63,399 bases of DNA, filler included, from Octopus bimaculoides (GCF_001194135.2; 9 parts of 9 records of this genome joined end to end with filler, not necessarily neighbours in it); one strand, 5' to 3'; positions 27,202 to 39,708 are shown, counted from the whole stretch's first letter. The notes: a model not told the origin generated them from the letters alone. Numbers and translations are program-made.

Positions 27202-27319
27202 ATCAAGGACTTCAATTTTTTATTTGGTCGTTCAAGATACGCGTGCGTAAGAGGATACCCAAGTGTTTTTGCGTAGAGAGTAGTTTGTGTGTGTGTGTGC
27301 ATGTATCTTTGTGTTTGTG

Positions 27320-27530
27320 TATGTCCCCCCAACCGCTTGACAACCGGCGTTGGTTTGTTTACGTTCTCGTAACATAGCAGTTTCGGCAAAAGAGAACGAA
27401 AGAATAAGTACCAAACTTTCAAAACAATAAAGTGCAGGCATCTGTTTGTTCCACTAAAAACAAACGAAAACCGAAAAGGCGATGCCCCAGCATGGCCACA
27501 GTCTAATGACGGAAACGAGTAAAGGATAAA
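27320..27530 (+). mobile_element. Diverged 3' half of a family A SINE
   Basis: GCTTGACAACCGG...TTCGGCAAAAGAGAACGAAAGAATAAGTAC...CCAGCATGGCCACAGTC. Confidence 0.7.
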
Positions 27531-28205
27531 AAATGAAACTGCTATAGAAGCTGCTGTGGAACTGTCTCTACCATATAAAAAAAACCATACCGTTTGTTGT
27601 CTTCCGGGAAATCACTTATTTGTTATCGTTTAGCGGCACTGACTTCTCAAATACTTTAATATGAAGGTCGACTAAACTTAGCTGATGGCTCACCGTAAAT
27701 AACTTGTTTCTTTTCTTTTAAAACTGAATCTACAGGTAGAGGTAGAAAATACTCAGTATGAATGTATGTATGTGTAGCGGATAACTACTGACTTTCTGAG
27801 CTAGGATTCGAATTCGAATCCACATTTCCGTTCAAGTCCTTGGCCTATTGTTCTCACCTGTAGCACTTGGTAATTTATGAGAATAAGCTGAACTCATTAG
27901 TCCTTTACAAGTCATTCGTGAGTCAAAACCTGATCCAGAGGAAATATCCTTTGTTTAACTTGGCCTGGCTTCATTGAGAATAATATAAATAATCAACAAC
28001 AGATTAATTCTTCCTCTTTGGTTTCTGGTCAGAGAGCAGCTCTCTCAGTGTGCTGGTCAACGCGCTACAGCAGAACGACCCTCCAGGTTTGTTTTCATTC
28101 GGTTTCCTTGTATGTCTCCACTGTTATGTTTTTGTTCCCAACTTTGCCCCGCCATAAATCCTAAATTTATGAGAGCAACTGTCTTTGAAGACTCATATTG
28201 TCGTT

Positions 28206-28380
28206 CAATGCTCGAAATGAGGAGTAGATAGACAGCCGACAACTGATGAAGGGTCCTTTCTGTGTGCTTTCTTGTCCTGTTTTCCATTTTTTCTCATTGT
28301 TTACGTATTTAACTCGCTTCTTTACGTATTTCATGTTATTTGCACCGTTGGTGCTGTCCTGTACCCATATTATCTTACTT
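28206..28380 (+). mobile_element. Penelope-associated terminal module, homologous to 56446-56620
   Basis: CAATGCTCGAAATGAGGA is identical at 28206 and 56446, followed in both by CCGACAACTGATGAAGGGTC and a pyrimidine-rich stretch ending in CCTGTACCCATAT. Confidence 0.55.
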
Positions 28381-28419
28381 ATTATCTTACGGTGATGAGG
28401 AAATATTATCTTACTCAGA

Positions 28420-28545
28420 ATAGGGTGATGGTTGGTGTCTAGGAAGAGGACTCGGTGATAAAAAAAAAATCCGCTTCAACAAATTCCGTCCGACGCATGC
28501 GAGCATGGAAAAGTGGACGTTAAAACTAGGACGATGACGGCGATA
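28420..28545 (+). mobile_element. Short RTE-type 3' tail fragment
   Basis: CATGCGAGCATGGAAAAGTGGACGTTAAA followed by GAT/GAC repeats, similar to 241-290. Confidence 0.6.
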
Positions 28546-28769
28546 GCGTGATGTATGTATTTATTTAGTCTTTAAACGTATCACATGATTTTTCTCTTGG
28601 GATCCTAATTCTGTTTTCCTTCTCGCGTTTTTTTTTGGGGTGTGGTTTACCAGATATTGGTAATACTATACACAACATCTGCTGAATCATTCCTTTCAAA
28701 ATACGTATACGTCAATGACAAGTCGGCAAGACATAGGCCAAACATATGGGTAGATGTGAAAAAAGTATA

Positions 28770-29163
28770 GGCGCAGGAGTGGCTGTGCGGTAAGAAGCTT
28801 GCTTCCCAACCACATGGTTCCGAGTTCAATCCTACTGCGTGGTACCTTGGGTAAATGTCTTCTACTATAGCCTCGGGCCGACCAAAGCCTTGTGAGTGGA
28901 TTTGGTAGACGGAAACTGAAAGAAGCCCGTCGTATGTGTGTTGGAGTTTGTCCTCCCACCATCGCTCGACCACTGAAGTTGGTGTGTTTACGTCCCCGTA
29001 ACTTATCGGTTCGGCAAAACAGACCGATAGAATAAGTACTAGGCTTACAAAGAATAAGTACTAGGCTTACAAAGAATAAGTCCTGGGGTCGATTTGTTCA
29101 GCTGAGGGCGATACTCCAGCATGGCCGCAGTCAAATGACTGAAACAAGTAAAAGAATAAAAGA

Positions 29164-29165
<2 letters not shown>
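28770..29165 (+). mobile_element. Full-length family A tRNA-derived SINE
   Basis: A-box TGGCTGTGCGGT, B-box GAGTTCAATCC, CCTTGGGTAA core-like block, tandem duplication of AGAATAAGTACTAGGCTTACAA, AAGTAAAAGAATA tail. Confidence 0.85.
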
Positions 29166-29194
<29 letters not shown>

Positions 29195-29435
29195 TATACA
29201 TACATACATACATACATAAATTCTCCTCACGTCTTTTGAATTTTTTGAACTTTTCAAGCATTCCCGATTACAAATCTTTCCTCCTCCACCTTCACCACCG
29301 CCTCAAGAAACACCTTTCCTCATACAGAATTATATACAATTCAGATCCAAAAGATTTCCTGCATTACATGATGTCGCCTTTACCTCCAATGTTAATATAT
29401 TGTCTTATGCCACTGTATGTTTTTTTGTGAGATTG

Positions 29436-29525
29436 AACATCCTGATGAAGGGGGTGTCTAGTTTCTCCAAATAAGAATACTATACCATATTATAAGACAC
29501 ATCTCTGAAACAGCCCGTAGATGCT
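29436..29525 (+). ncRNA. Type I hammerhead ribozyme motif
   Basis: Stem I CATC (29438-41)/GATG (29520-23). Core CUGAUGA 29442-48. Stem II AGGGGGUGUCU/AGACAC-A-UCUCU (11 bp, one bulge, two G-U pairs). GAAA 29507-10. Stem III AC/GU with AGCCC loop. GUA cleavage triplet 29517-19. Confidence 0.7.
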
Positions 29526-30064
29526 GACTTTGAATATTACCCCGTGTTGTGCATGTTTTTTTCGATATAGTGTACATAAATCTATTTTTTGTATTGTACA
29601 CGTTCTTATAATATAATACATATAAACTTTGTGATATCATATCGTATATATTTATTCACTATGTGTTATATCATACCGAAGGTTTATGTATCGTATTACA
29701 TCGTCCTATATTGATTAATATTTTTATATGGCTTGGAAATTAGGAATACCTATAAATATTTTTAAATACTTTTAAACATTCATTATATTTTTAAAGTTTA
29801 TGTGTTTTTATATGCCTGTGTATTTTTATTTCATTTTCGGTATTTTTGCTACTGAGAATTGTGTATAATTATTGATTCAAGGATGATATGCACACACATG
29901 TATATTAAATCTTTTGTTGGAGATGGGATATTGTTCCTATAGTTTTCCACCCGTATAGTCTCCATTCAAACTACAAATGTGGATCTTAGCTCAATTTGAG
30001 CACTTCAATTCTAGCCTGTTTCTGAGTATTGTAATATTAACAACCTCTGTTTATAAAAAAAGTA

Positions 30065-30110
<46 letters not shown>

Positions 30111-30115
<5 letters not shown>

Positions 30116-30182
30116 AAAACAGAAGATGGAGATAAGATTAATACAAATTTATTAATCTTATCTCAATCTTCTCTCTTGGTTT
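30111..30182. repeat. 72-bp stem-loop (33-nt arms, 3 mismatches, 6-nt loop)
   Basis: AAACCAAAACAGAAGATGGAGATAAGATTAATA versus the reverse complement of TATTAATCTTATCTCAATCTTCTCTCTTGGTTT. Sits between (TA)n and (TAA)n. Confidence 0.85.
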
Positions 30183-30312
30183 TTATAATAATAATAATAA
30201 TAATTGTTATTATTATAATTATAATAATAATGTGTGTGTGCCAATATATTTAAGTATTCAACCAATCTAATCTTGGATATTTTTATCCCTCTGAGGTTTA
30301 TATATCCTCACT

Positions 30313-30362
<50 letters not shown>

Positions 30363-30981
30363 CACACAATGCACATATATACGTATATATGTATGTATGT
30401 CTGACATACGAACCTACTCAGATGCATGTGTCTGTATGTCTGTGTTCGGGTGCTCGCGCGTGGATATGTGTATACATTTGTTTCTGTGTCTGTGCTCAAA
30501 ACAATATCTAGTAGAAAGTGTACGGGCTCAGAAGGACAATATTCATAACACTTTTTAGGGACCCTGTGAATGATAAAGCAAAATTATCCTCAGCTGGTAA
30601 ACAACATAATCCAACCCCACTAAAGAAAAATATCTACGGTCAAGCGACGTTGTTTAACCGGGAAACGGATTAAATCTAATGTGAAATAAACGGGGATTAC
30701 AAGCCCTTATCATAGTTTTATTCTGTCGGCCCCTTCAGCTGGCACATTAGTAGGAAAGGAATAGAACGACCAGTAAGTTGTGTAAGTAATATAGATTGTT
30801 GGCTGTCGTGTGTCATGCACAAAGGATTGGGGTTCCTCTTTGGAATATTGCGAAAAAGAATTACTGTTTGTGTCGGCAATTTGAAAGGAGCTGAGCCTTT
30901 TTGTTTAAAATTTACACACAAACTCATACATGAATACAGACAGACAGACCGATAGATAGACAGACATACAGACAGATAGAT

Positions 30982-31035
<54 letters not shown>

Positions 31036-32482
31036 AAGACAGACAAATAGACAGACAGACCGATAGACAGGCAGATAGACAGGGGTATGTGGGTAGGCTG
31101 AGGGTGGGGGTAGAATTGTAGGGCATGTAGAAGTGGGTGTATTGGATGGGGTGGGGGTAGGATGGGATGGGATAGGGAAGGTGGGGCTTGATTGTGTGGG
31201 GTGGGGTTACGAGGAGGGCTGACGATGAAGATAGATAGATAGAAATTCACTCAAATTAACACACACGAAGCATAAACACACACACACACACAAACGCAAA
31301 TACATAACCACATACCTACCCCCACACTCACATAAACAGAGGCAACGTTCTTCACTTATCAGTCACGTGTTGATGTATACAAAAAGGGTGACATGACCAT
31401 TACAACAAAACGGTTCCCGTTTTCTCAAAGTTACAAGAATTTAAGAGGGAAATAGTGCCGGTGGTGGTGGTGGGGAGATAGAGCGTAGGAGGTGTGAGAG
31501 AGAGGGAGCGCGAGTGAAAGAGAGAGAGACGGACAGGGAGGAAAAGTGAAGAAGAGGAAAGAGAGGAGAGAAGAGAGCGAAGGAGAGAGGAGAGGAGAGA
31601 GAGTAATAGAGAGAGAGATTGTTAGTGTGGAAAGAGAGAGAGGAGACNNNNNNNNNNNNNNNNNNNNNNNNNNNNNNNNNNNNNNNNNNNNTTAATTAAT
31701 TAANNNNNNNNNNNNNNNNNNNNNNNNNNNNNNNNNNNNNNNNNNNNCACACACACTCTCTCTCTCTCTCTCACATCCATACACGCACACATATTCACAC
31801 ACACCATTGATAGACACACTCCGAAAACATAAATCTATCTATCTCTCCTTTTCCTGTCTCTTCCCTTCCCTGTCACGCACTATAAATCCTTTTACTCATT
31901 ACATTTTGCCTTCAATTGTATCTCCCATTCTTCACACTAAAATCTATATTTTCACCCTAATTCTATAACTTTATTCAAAACCTCCCCTTCTCCATCTTTT
32001 TTTTATTATTTTTATTATTATTCATTATTATTATTCTAAAAGAACATTCTTGCTTTATAAATTTCACCATACGCGCCAACCTCTCTCTCTCTATCACTAT
32101 CCCTTCTCTCTCACTTTCACTCTCTCACACACATTCTCTTTCTGCCTGTTTAGTTCTCAATACGTTTATCTCTTTCTGTCTTTCCTTTAATTCTTCTTCC
32201 TCTTCTTCTTCTTCCCCTCTTTCTCCTCATTTAGTCTCTATTTGTCTTCTCTTTTATACACTGAATATTTTTGCCAATCGGCTTTTCAATGTACTTCTGT
32301 CTTCTGTGCATCACCACCGTTTTAATCACGAAGAGCTTCTGTGTGCCTTTTGTGCGGTGTGTGTGTGTGTGTGTGTGTGTGCCCTCGTGTGTTTAGTGTA
32401 TATATATATATATATATAGTTATATACACACACACACATACACATATATATATACATACACACATATATATATATATATACA

Positions 32483-32513
<31 letters not shown>

Positions 32514-32695
32514 GCATATATATACATATATAAATACATATACGCACAAATATTATATATATATACATCCATATATATTAACGCACACATACATTCACAC
32601 ACAAATATCTAGATATTCTCGCACATTCCTGCACACGCTAAAACAGGCACATAACTATGCCCACCAGTACACGCCTATATACATACATACATACA

Positions 32696-32729
<34 letters not shown>

Positions 32730-33323
32730 NNNNNNNNNNNNNNNNNNNNNNNNNNNNNNNNNNNNNNNNNNNNNNNNNNNNNNNNNNNNNNNNNNNNNNN
32801 NNNNNNNNNNNNNNNNNNNNNNNNNNNNNNNNNNNNNNNNNNNNNNNNNNNNNNNNNNNNNNNNNNNNNNNNNNNNNNNNNNNNNNNNNNNNNNNNNNNN
32901 NNNNNNNNNNATATATATATATATATATAAATGTATATACATGTATATGTATATATATATCTATCTATGTATACACACGTATGATACCGAACACATGTCT
33001 GTGTTCGAGTCTAATCGATTTTACTAAAGCTTCTTCATATTTCTCATTTGTCCTTTATGTTTAATATGATACAATAACATTGCTAAGTCCATTTACTTTT
33101 CAATACTTTCTCGGCCTCATCTTCTGAATGTAGTAACGATAGCGGCGCATTGTGGATGCGTTGTATTGTAGGCAGTGAGGTATGAAGGGAATGGTGCTGT
33201 AATTGATAACGCCGTTATTGACGATTTAAAATTGTTCACACTTGGTTATTTAAATATTTTATTTCACATCAACTGTGCCCATCTGCTTGTCTGTCTGTTT
33301 ATCTATCTATCTATCTATCTATA

Positions 33324-33366
<43 letters not shown>

Positions 33367-33884
33367 GAGCGTTTCTCTTTAAGTCTCTCATGATGTATTA
33401 TGTGGGCTACATGTATATGAATGTGTACCATCATGTTCGTGTTCAGCGTGCTCTACATCATCATGTTGATCGTCAACATCAGCATCAACACCCACGACCA
33501 CCACCGTTCTTCTTCTTCTTCTTCTTCTTCTTCTTCTTCTTCTTCTTCTTCTTCTTCTTCTTCTTCTTCTTCTTCTTCTTCTTCTTCTTCTTCTTCTTCT
33601 TCTTCTTCTTCTTCATCATCGTCATCATCATCATCATCATCGTCATCAACACGTAAAAAAACCCCGCCAATAAACAGAAGGCAGAGACAGATGAACGAGC
33701 GACAAACAAAGTGTATCAGGTTGACGCTCAGGAAAAATAGAAAAGTCTTTGACATTTCGGGCCTACGTTCTTGGAAAGAAAGGACCGAGGAAAGAAAACA
33801 GAGAGAAACAAAAAAGCATACGGTACATAAATACACCAGCATCGGTTATCAAGCTATGGTTCACAGACACACACAGACACATAA

Positions 33885-33941
<57 letters not shown>

Positions 33942-34952
33942 NNNNNNNNNNNNNNNNNNNNNNNNNNNNNNNNNNNNNNNNNNNNNNNNNNNNNNNNNNN
34001 NNNNNNNNNNNNNNNNNNNNNNNNNNNNNNNNNNNNNNNNNNNNNNNNNNNNNNNNNNNNNNNNNNNNNNNNNNNNNNNNNNNNNNNNNNNNNNNNNNNN
34101 NNNNNNNNNNNNNNNNNNNNNNNNNNNNNNNNNNNNNNNNNNNNNNNNNNNNNNNNNNNNNNNNNNNNNNNNNNNNNNNNNNNNNNNNNNNNNNNNNNNN
34201 NNNNNNNNNNNNNNNNNNNNNNNNNNNNNNNNNNNNNNNNNNNNNNNNNNNNNNNNNNNNNNNNNNNNNNNNNNNNNNNNNNNNNNNNNNNNNNNNNNNN
34301 NNNNNNNNNNNNNNNNNNNNNNNNNNNNNNNNNNNNNNNNNNNNNNNNNNNNNNNNNNNNNNNNNNNNNNNNNNNNNNNNNNNNNNNNNNNNNNNNNNNN
34401 NNNNNNNNNNNNNNNNNNNNNNNNNNNNNNNNNNNNNNNNNNTTATAATATATATATATATATTTATATTATAATATATATATATATATGTATGTATATT
34501 ATTTACATATATCTAATAAATTCATTTATTTCATTTGTTCTCGCTTTCATTCATTCTTTCGTTCGCTCATTCTTTTATTCTTTTATTCCTTCATTCTGTC
34601 TATTATTCCCATTGCGCTCACTTTGTTATTATTGTCGCTAAACCTTATTGTTATTGCTGCTATTATTACACGCTATTGTTATTCTCGATATCATTGGAAT
34701 TATTACAACACACTCACACAAACGTACACTCACACAAACGTACACTCACACACACGCACATTCAAGAATATATGCATAAACGCATTGTCACACATAGACA
34801 TTCACATACACGTGTTTCTTTCCACACACATACATGCACACACACACACACACTCACACATATACATACATACATACATACATACATACGTACGTCATTA
34901 CATACATACATACTGATGAGCGTGTTTTATTCTCTCTCTATATATATTTACG

Positions 34953-34986
<34 letters not shown>

Positions 34987-35145
34987 CATGCATCTATCTA
35001 TCTAGCTGTCCTTTAAAATTTTCTATCACACCAAATCTTTTGTTAAACAAGAATTCATTTTTTACCATTAAATGTAATATTGAAATAAAATACTAGCGTT
35101 GACCAAATAGCCCTTCATATTGTTTAATAAATATAATTCACAAAA

Positions 35146-35430
35146 TATTTACATTATTTACATTATTAATTGACGGATATTTGTCCTCATCTTGTTTGTT
35201 GTTAACAACGTTTCGGCTGATATACCCTCCAGCCTTCATCAGGTGTCTTGGGCAAATTTCTAACCTGGGTTCTCATGCCTAAGGTATTTTTCGATGTTGT
35301 TGTTATTATTATTATTATTATTCAGGTCACTGCCTGGAATCGAACTGGGAATCTTGGGATTAGTAGCCCGCGCTCTTAACCACTACGCCATATGCCCGTG
35401 GGCATATGTAAATTGTAAATAATGTACATA
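35146..35430 (-). mobile_element. tRNA-headed SINE-like element carrying a minimal hammerhead motif
   Basis: tRNA-like head 35397->35325 (A-box TGGCGTAGTGG, B-box AGTTCGATTCC), then (AAT)n, then CTGATGA-A-GGCTG...CAGCC-GAAACGTT at 35242->35207. Confidence 0.7.
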
Positions 35431-35904
35431 ATTCCTCATCTCTTAAATATAGAACTGTACAAAATATTTAAATACACACCTTAGGATAGATATTTCTATC
35501 AAACGGGAGTTTCAGGTACTCAAGGAACGAATTTTCTCTTTGCTGGTTTGCGTGAATAACTTACATCAGGACAGTCTCTTAGCACAAGCCAGCACTAGGC
35601 AACACTTGTCAGCCAACTTGTTTGTGTTCCACCTGCCTTGATAACTCCATGGCCTCAATCTCTTAGTGGAATCATTTTCCTTGCTCATCACTCATTGTTC
35701 TACGTTTTTCAGGGAAGTAGTCTAGATGATTGTGCAGGAAATGCACTTTTACACTCATGTTGCAGCGCAGCGTTCGAAAACTGGGTAACAGGATCTTCGC
35801 AAGTCCTTCATAATTTGATGACTTCCGATTTCCCGGGAGATCAGATACATCAGCTGCACAGGCATTATATGCTTCTTTTTTAACGCCAGTCATGGTCTCC
35901 GAAA

Positions 35905-36100
35905 ACTGCTCTCCCACCATCGTTTGACAACCGATGTCGGTGTGTTCACGTCCTCCGTAATTAAGCGGTTCGGCAAAAGAGACCGATAGGATTAGTACTA
36001 GGCTTACAAAGAATAAGTCCTGGGGTCGATTTTTTCGATTAAAGACGGTGCTCCAGCATGGCCACAGTCAAATGACTGAAACAAATAAAAGAATAAAAGA
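35905..36100 (+). mobile_element. 3' half of a family A SINE
   Basis: TTGACAACCGATG...TTCGGCAAAAGAGACCGATAG...CCAGCATGGCCACAGTCAAATGACTGAAAC. Confidence 0.8.
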
Positions 36101-36239
36101 TTGAGAAAATAATAACAGACATATTGGACAAAGTATTGTGCTTACGGAAGGAAGACGACAAGATCTGGTTCGATCAGGACTGAACTGGTATTACGCAACA
36201 ATTACACACGTGATCGCAATGGTCGCTCAAGGCATATAT

Positions 36240-36380
36240 GTAATATTTTGGGTATGTTGTGAGGGAGGTCCAGTCGATTACATCAACCCTAGTATGCAAC
36301 TGGTACTTATTTTATCGATTTCTTTGGAATTTGAACTCAGAATGCAAAAGCGGAAGAAATACCGCCGAGCGTGCTAGCGA
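36240..36380 (-). mobile_element. Diverged family C (Nin-like) SINE fragment
   Basis: GTCGATTACATCAACCC...AACTGGTACTTATTTTATCGA...GAATTTGAACTCAGAA, matching 23720-23860. Confidence 0.65.
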
Positions 36381-36784
36381 TTATGTCTACAATCATCAAA
36401 CATGCACTCCCATACACACAAACACTCCACGCCCCTACACTCATATATATTGTCGACACCATTGTCGACACCATAGTCGACACCATTGTAATTCATCCAG
36501 AGAGAATCGCAGAAGGTCCTCGACTCGCTTCCGGAAAACAACTTCCAGACCGGATTCCAAAAGTGACAGGAACGCCTGGACCGGTGTCTGGCTGAGCAAG
36601 GTGACTATATAGAATGAGATGATGTTAAAACTGAGGTAAATAAGTTATTTTTTTATTAAACATACCTAGTTCTGGAACTTTTTGATACCACCTCGTTTAT
36701 AATTGCACACATATATATGACTAGAGACACGCGTAAGTGTACAATGTACATACGTATATATATTTATATTATTCTATCAATCTA

Positions 36785-36859
<75 letters not shown>

Positions 36860-37259
36860 GTCTGTCTGTCTTCCTATATAACTGGGTGAGTGTTTGTGTG
36901 CTTGCGTACGCGTGTGTAACAGGAAGCAGATATATATTGCAAAGTGATGTCGAAGATGCAGGAAAATGAAGAACATGGATGTTATTGTTAAAACCATATG
37001 CTACAGAGGAATAAAACAAAAGAACAACGATAAGTAACCCAAAGATTAACAACTTACATGATTGAGTGATTCCTTAGATAATACTAATACGATGAGTTAC
37101 GATACTGAACCCTCAATTGTTTTTGTATACATGTCTCCCCACCACGGCACTTAGACCGAGGAGCGCACAAACTACCGCTAAAAATCTCTACACGTTTCAA
37201 CACATGATAGTTTTATTATTACGCACATTGTGAGTGATAGTACACGCCATGAAATGAAG

Positions 37260-38430
37260 CATGTCACCTGATCACGTGACCAACCAGGCTATCTGATGTT
37301 ACACATCACTGGTCACAGTGCACTCTTGCATCGTTTTGTCCTTGAAATGACGCCACCCTACTGGCTATGGGAGCAAGCCAACAATCCTCCCTGATCGAAG
37401 GGGGACTGGAACAATGTGAAATGAAGTGTTTTGCTCAAGAACACAACGTGCCGCCCAATCAGGAAATCGGTCCCAAGATCTGGTGGTCGGGAGTGCAATA
37501 GCCTAACCTACGGCCACGCGCCTTCGCATTAGACATGTATTTTATCTTAATCACTTTCTGTCTTTCTCGCGCTCTTGTTCATTAGAACTTTGAACATGAG
37601 TTTTTAACTCGAAATATCAGGATTATTAAACATTTAACAACTCAATAACATTCCTATTGTTACTTTTGATATCTAATATTCTATTTGAATTGCTACTGTC
37701 TTCTTTAAACGCACTTATTTTCTATGCACACATACTCATAAATACACGCACAAACACACACTTGTACAAACACAACGCGTAGCCGTCACCCGCAAGCGAG
37801 TACCACTTGGTAACATGTATCATGCTTTCGCTAATTGTCTTTGGTGAAGACACAGACACTCCATCGGTAGCCTTACACTGGCTCCAGTAGTCCTACGCTG
37901 GCACCTAGGACCTGCAAGTGGGGTGATGAGAGGGCTTCCCTACCGCTAAGCTGGTACTCATTTTCAGCTGAGTACAGAAAAGTAACGTGAAAGAATGTTG
38001 CTGAAGGAAACAACGCGCCGCCCGGTCCGGGAATCGAACGCACGAACTTTGGATCTCGAGGCCAACAGCTTAACCACTTACCCACACACAATATTACAGA
38101 TACACATATATAGACACGTATATACACATACACATATATAGACACATATATACGTATATATATATATATATGTATATATAAAAATAGACCAAACATCTGT
38201 TCCGAGATCTTTTCGCATATTCTGTGCCATATATTCTCTTACTCTCAGCCGCGGGTGGAGCGCCGGTCTGCTGCCGCAGGAATGTCTATTTTTGTCAGCT
38301 GCGTGGACTGGAGCAACGTGAAATGAAGTGTTTTGCTCAAGAACACAACGCATCGCCCTGTCCTAGAATCGAAACCACATTCTTGCGATCATGAGTAGAG
38401 CACTCTAAGTACTAGGCCACGCACCTCCAC
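37260..38430 (-). mobile_element. Cluster of three family B-type SINEs (37260-37530, 37900-38085, 38190-38430)
   Basis: Each has the AA(C/T)GTGAAA...TGTT(T)TGCT(C/G)AAG core and a reverse-complemented tRNA-like head, with unrelated sequence to the left of the core. Confidence 0.7.
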
Positions 38431-38620
38431 ATACATATGCATACACAGATAGACACATATACACAAACATACACATACACACACATACACACACATTCGC
38501 ACACACTCACAAACGCACACACATACAAACACAAACACACACATACACACACAATATTTTTAATCGGCAGAACTCAAAAGCATTGAGTTTCGTGCGTGAC
38601 ACTTACACATAATCACACAA

Positions 38621-38676
<56 letters not shown>

Positions 38677-39610
38677 NNNNNNNNNNNNNNNNNNNNNNNN
38701 NNNNNNNNNNNNNNNNNNNNNNNNNNNNNNNNNNNNNNNNNNNNNNNNNNNNNNNNNNNNNNNNNNNNNNNNNNNNNNNNNNNNNNNNNNNNNNNNNNNN
38801 NNNNNNNNNNNNNNNNNNNNNNNNNNNNNNNNNNNNNNNNNNNNNNNNNNNNNNNNNNNNNNNNNNNAATCAGCTCTATTCTTCTCATCATTATCCGCCG
38901 TCCACTTTCTCTTACTGCAACTACTCCTCCCACCGCTCACTCTTCCAATCACCTCTCCCCGCCACCCTTTCCCCCCTCCGACGGTCTCCTCACACTTCAC
39001 TTAGCTTTCATTCTATACTAATTCTTCTCTTTTTCCGTTTCGTTTCTTTAGCTGTCCTCTCTCTCCTCCCCCTCCTCCTCCGCCTCTCTCGACACTCACA
39101 CGCACATACGCAGGCACAGGCTCTTCTGTCTCACTCTGTCTCTATCTGTCTCTCTCTCTCTCTCACAGATTTGTTTTACCTTCCCCTTTCCTCTCTCTCT
39201 CTCTCTCTCTCACTCTTACTACACCTCTTCCTCTCCCTCTTTTCATATCCTTTCTTTTACTCAAGATTTTTGCATTATTCGCTTTCTTTAATATTTATTT
39301 CTCTTGTCTTTCATGTTTTCTATTATATTTATTTTCAACTCTTTCCATCCATCTCTCTCTCAATCTATCTATCTCTATCTATCTAATTTATCTTTTTACC
39401 TCTCTCTCTATCACCCCCTCTCTTTCTCTCTCTCTCTATCTATCTATTTAATTTGTGTGTGTGTGTGTGTGTGTGTGTCTATCTACCTATCTATCTTAGG
39501 TCTTCTTTCTCCCTTCCTTCTCTTTATATACATATATATATATACGTGTGTGTGTGTGTATCGTTCACTATCCATCCATCCATCCATCCATCCATCCATC
39601 CATCCATCCG

Positions 39611-39661
<51 letters not shown>

Positions 39662-39664
39662 GTC

Positions 39665-39708
<44 letters not shown>

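Noticed and set aside
35325-35397. Possible tRNA-Ser gene (anticodon loop CT-ACT-AA)
   Set aside because: The acceptor stem does not pair and the sequence is embedded in a repeat, so it is treated as a SINE head.
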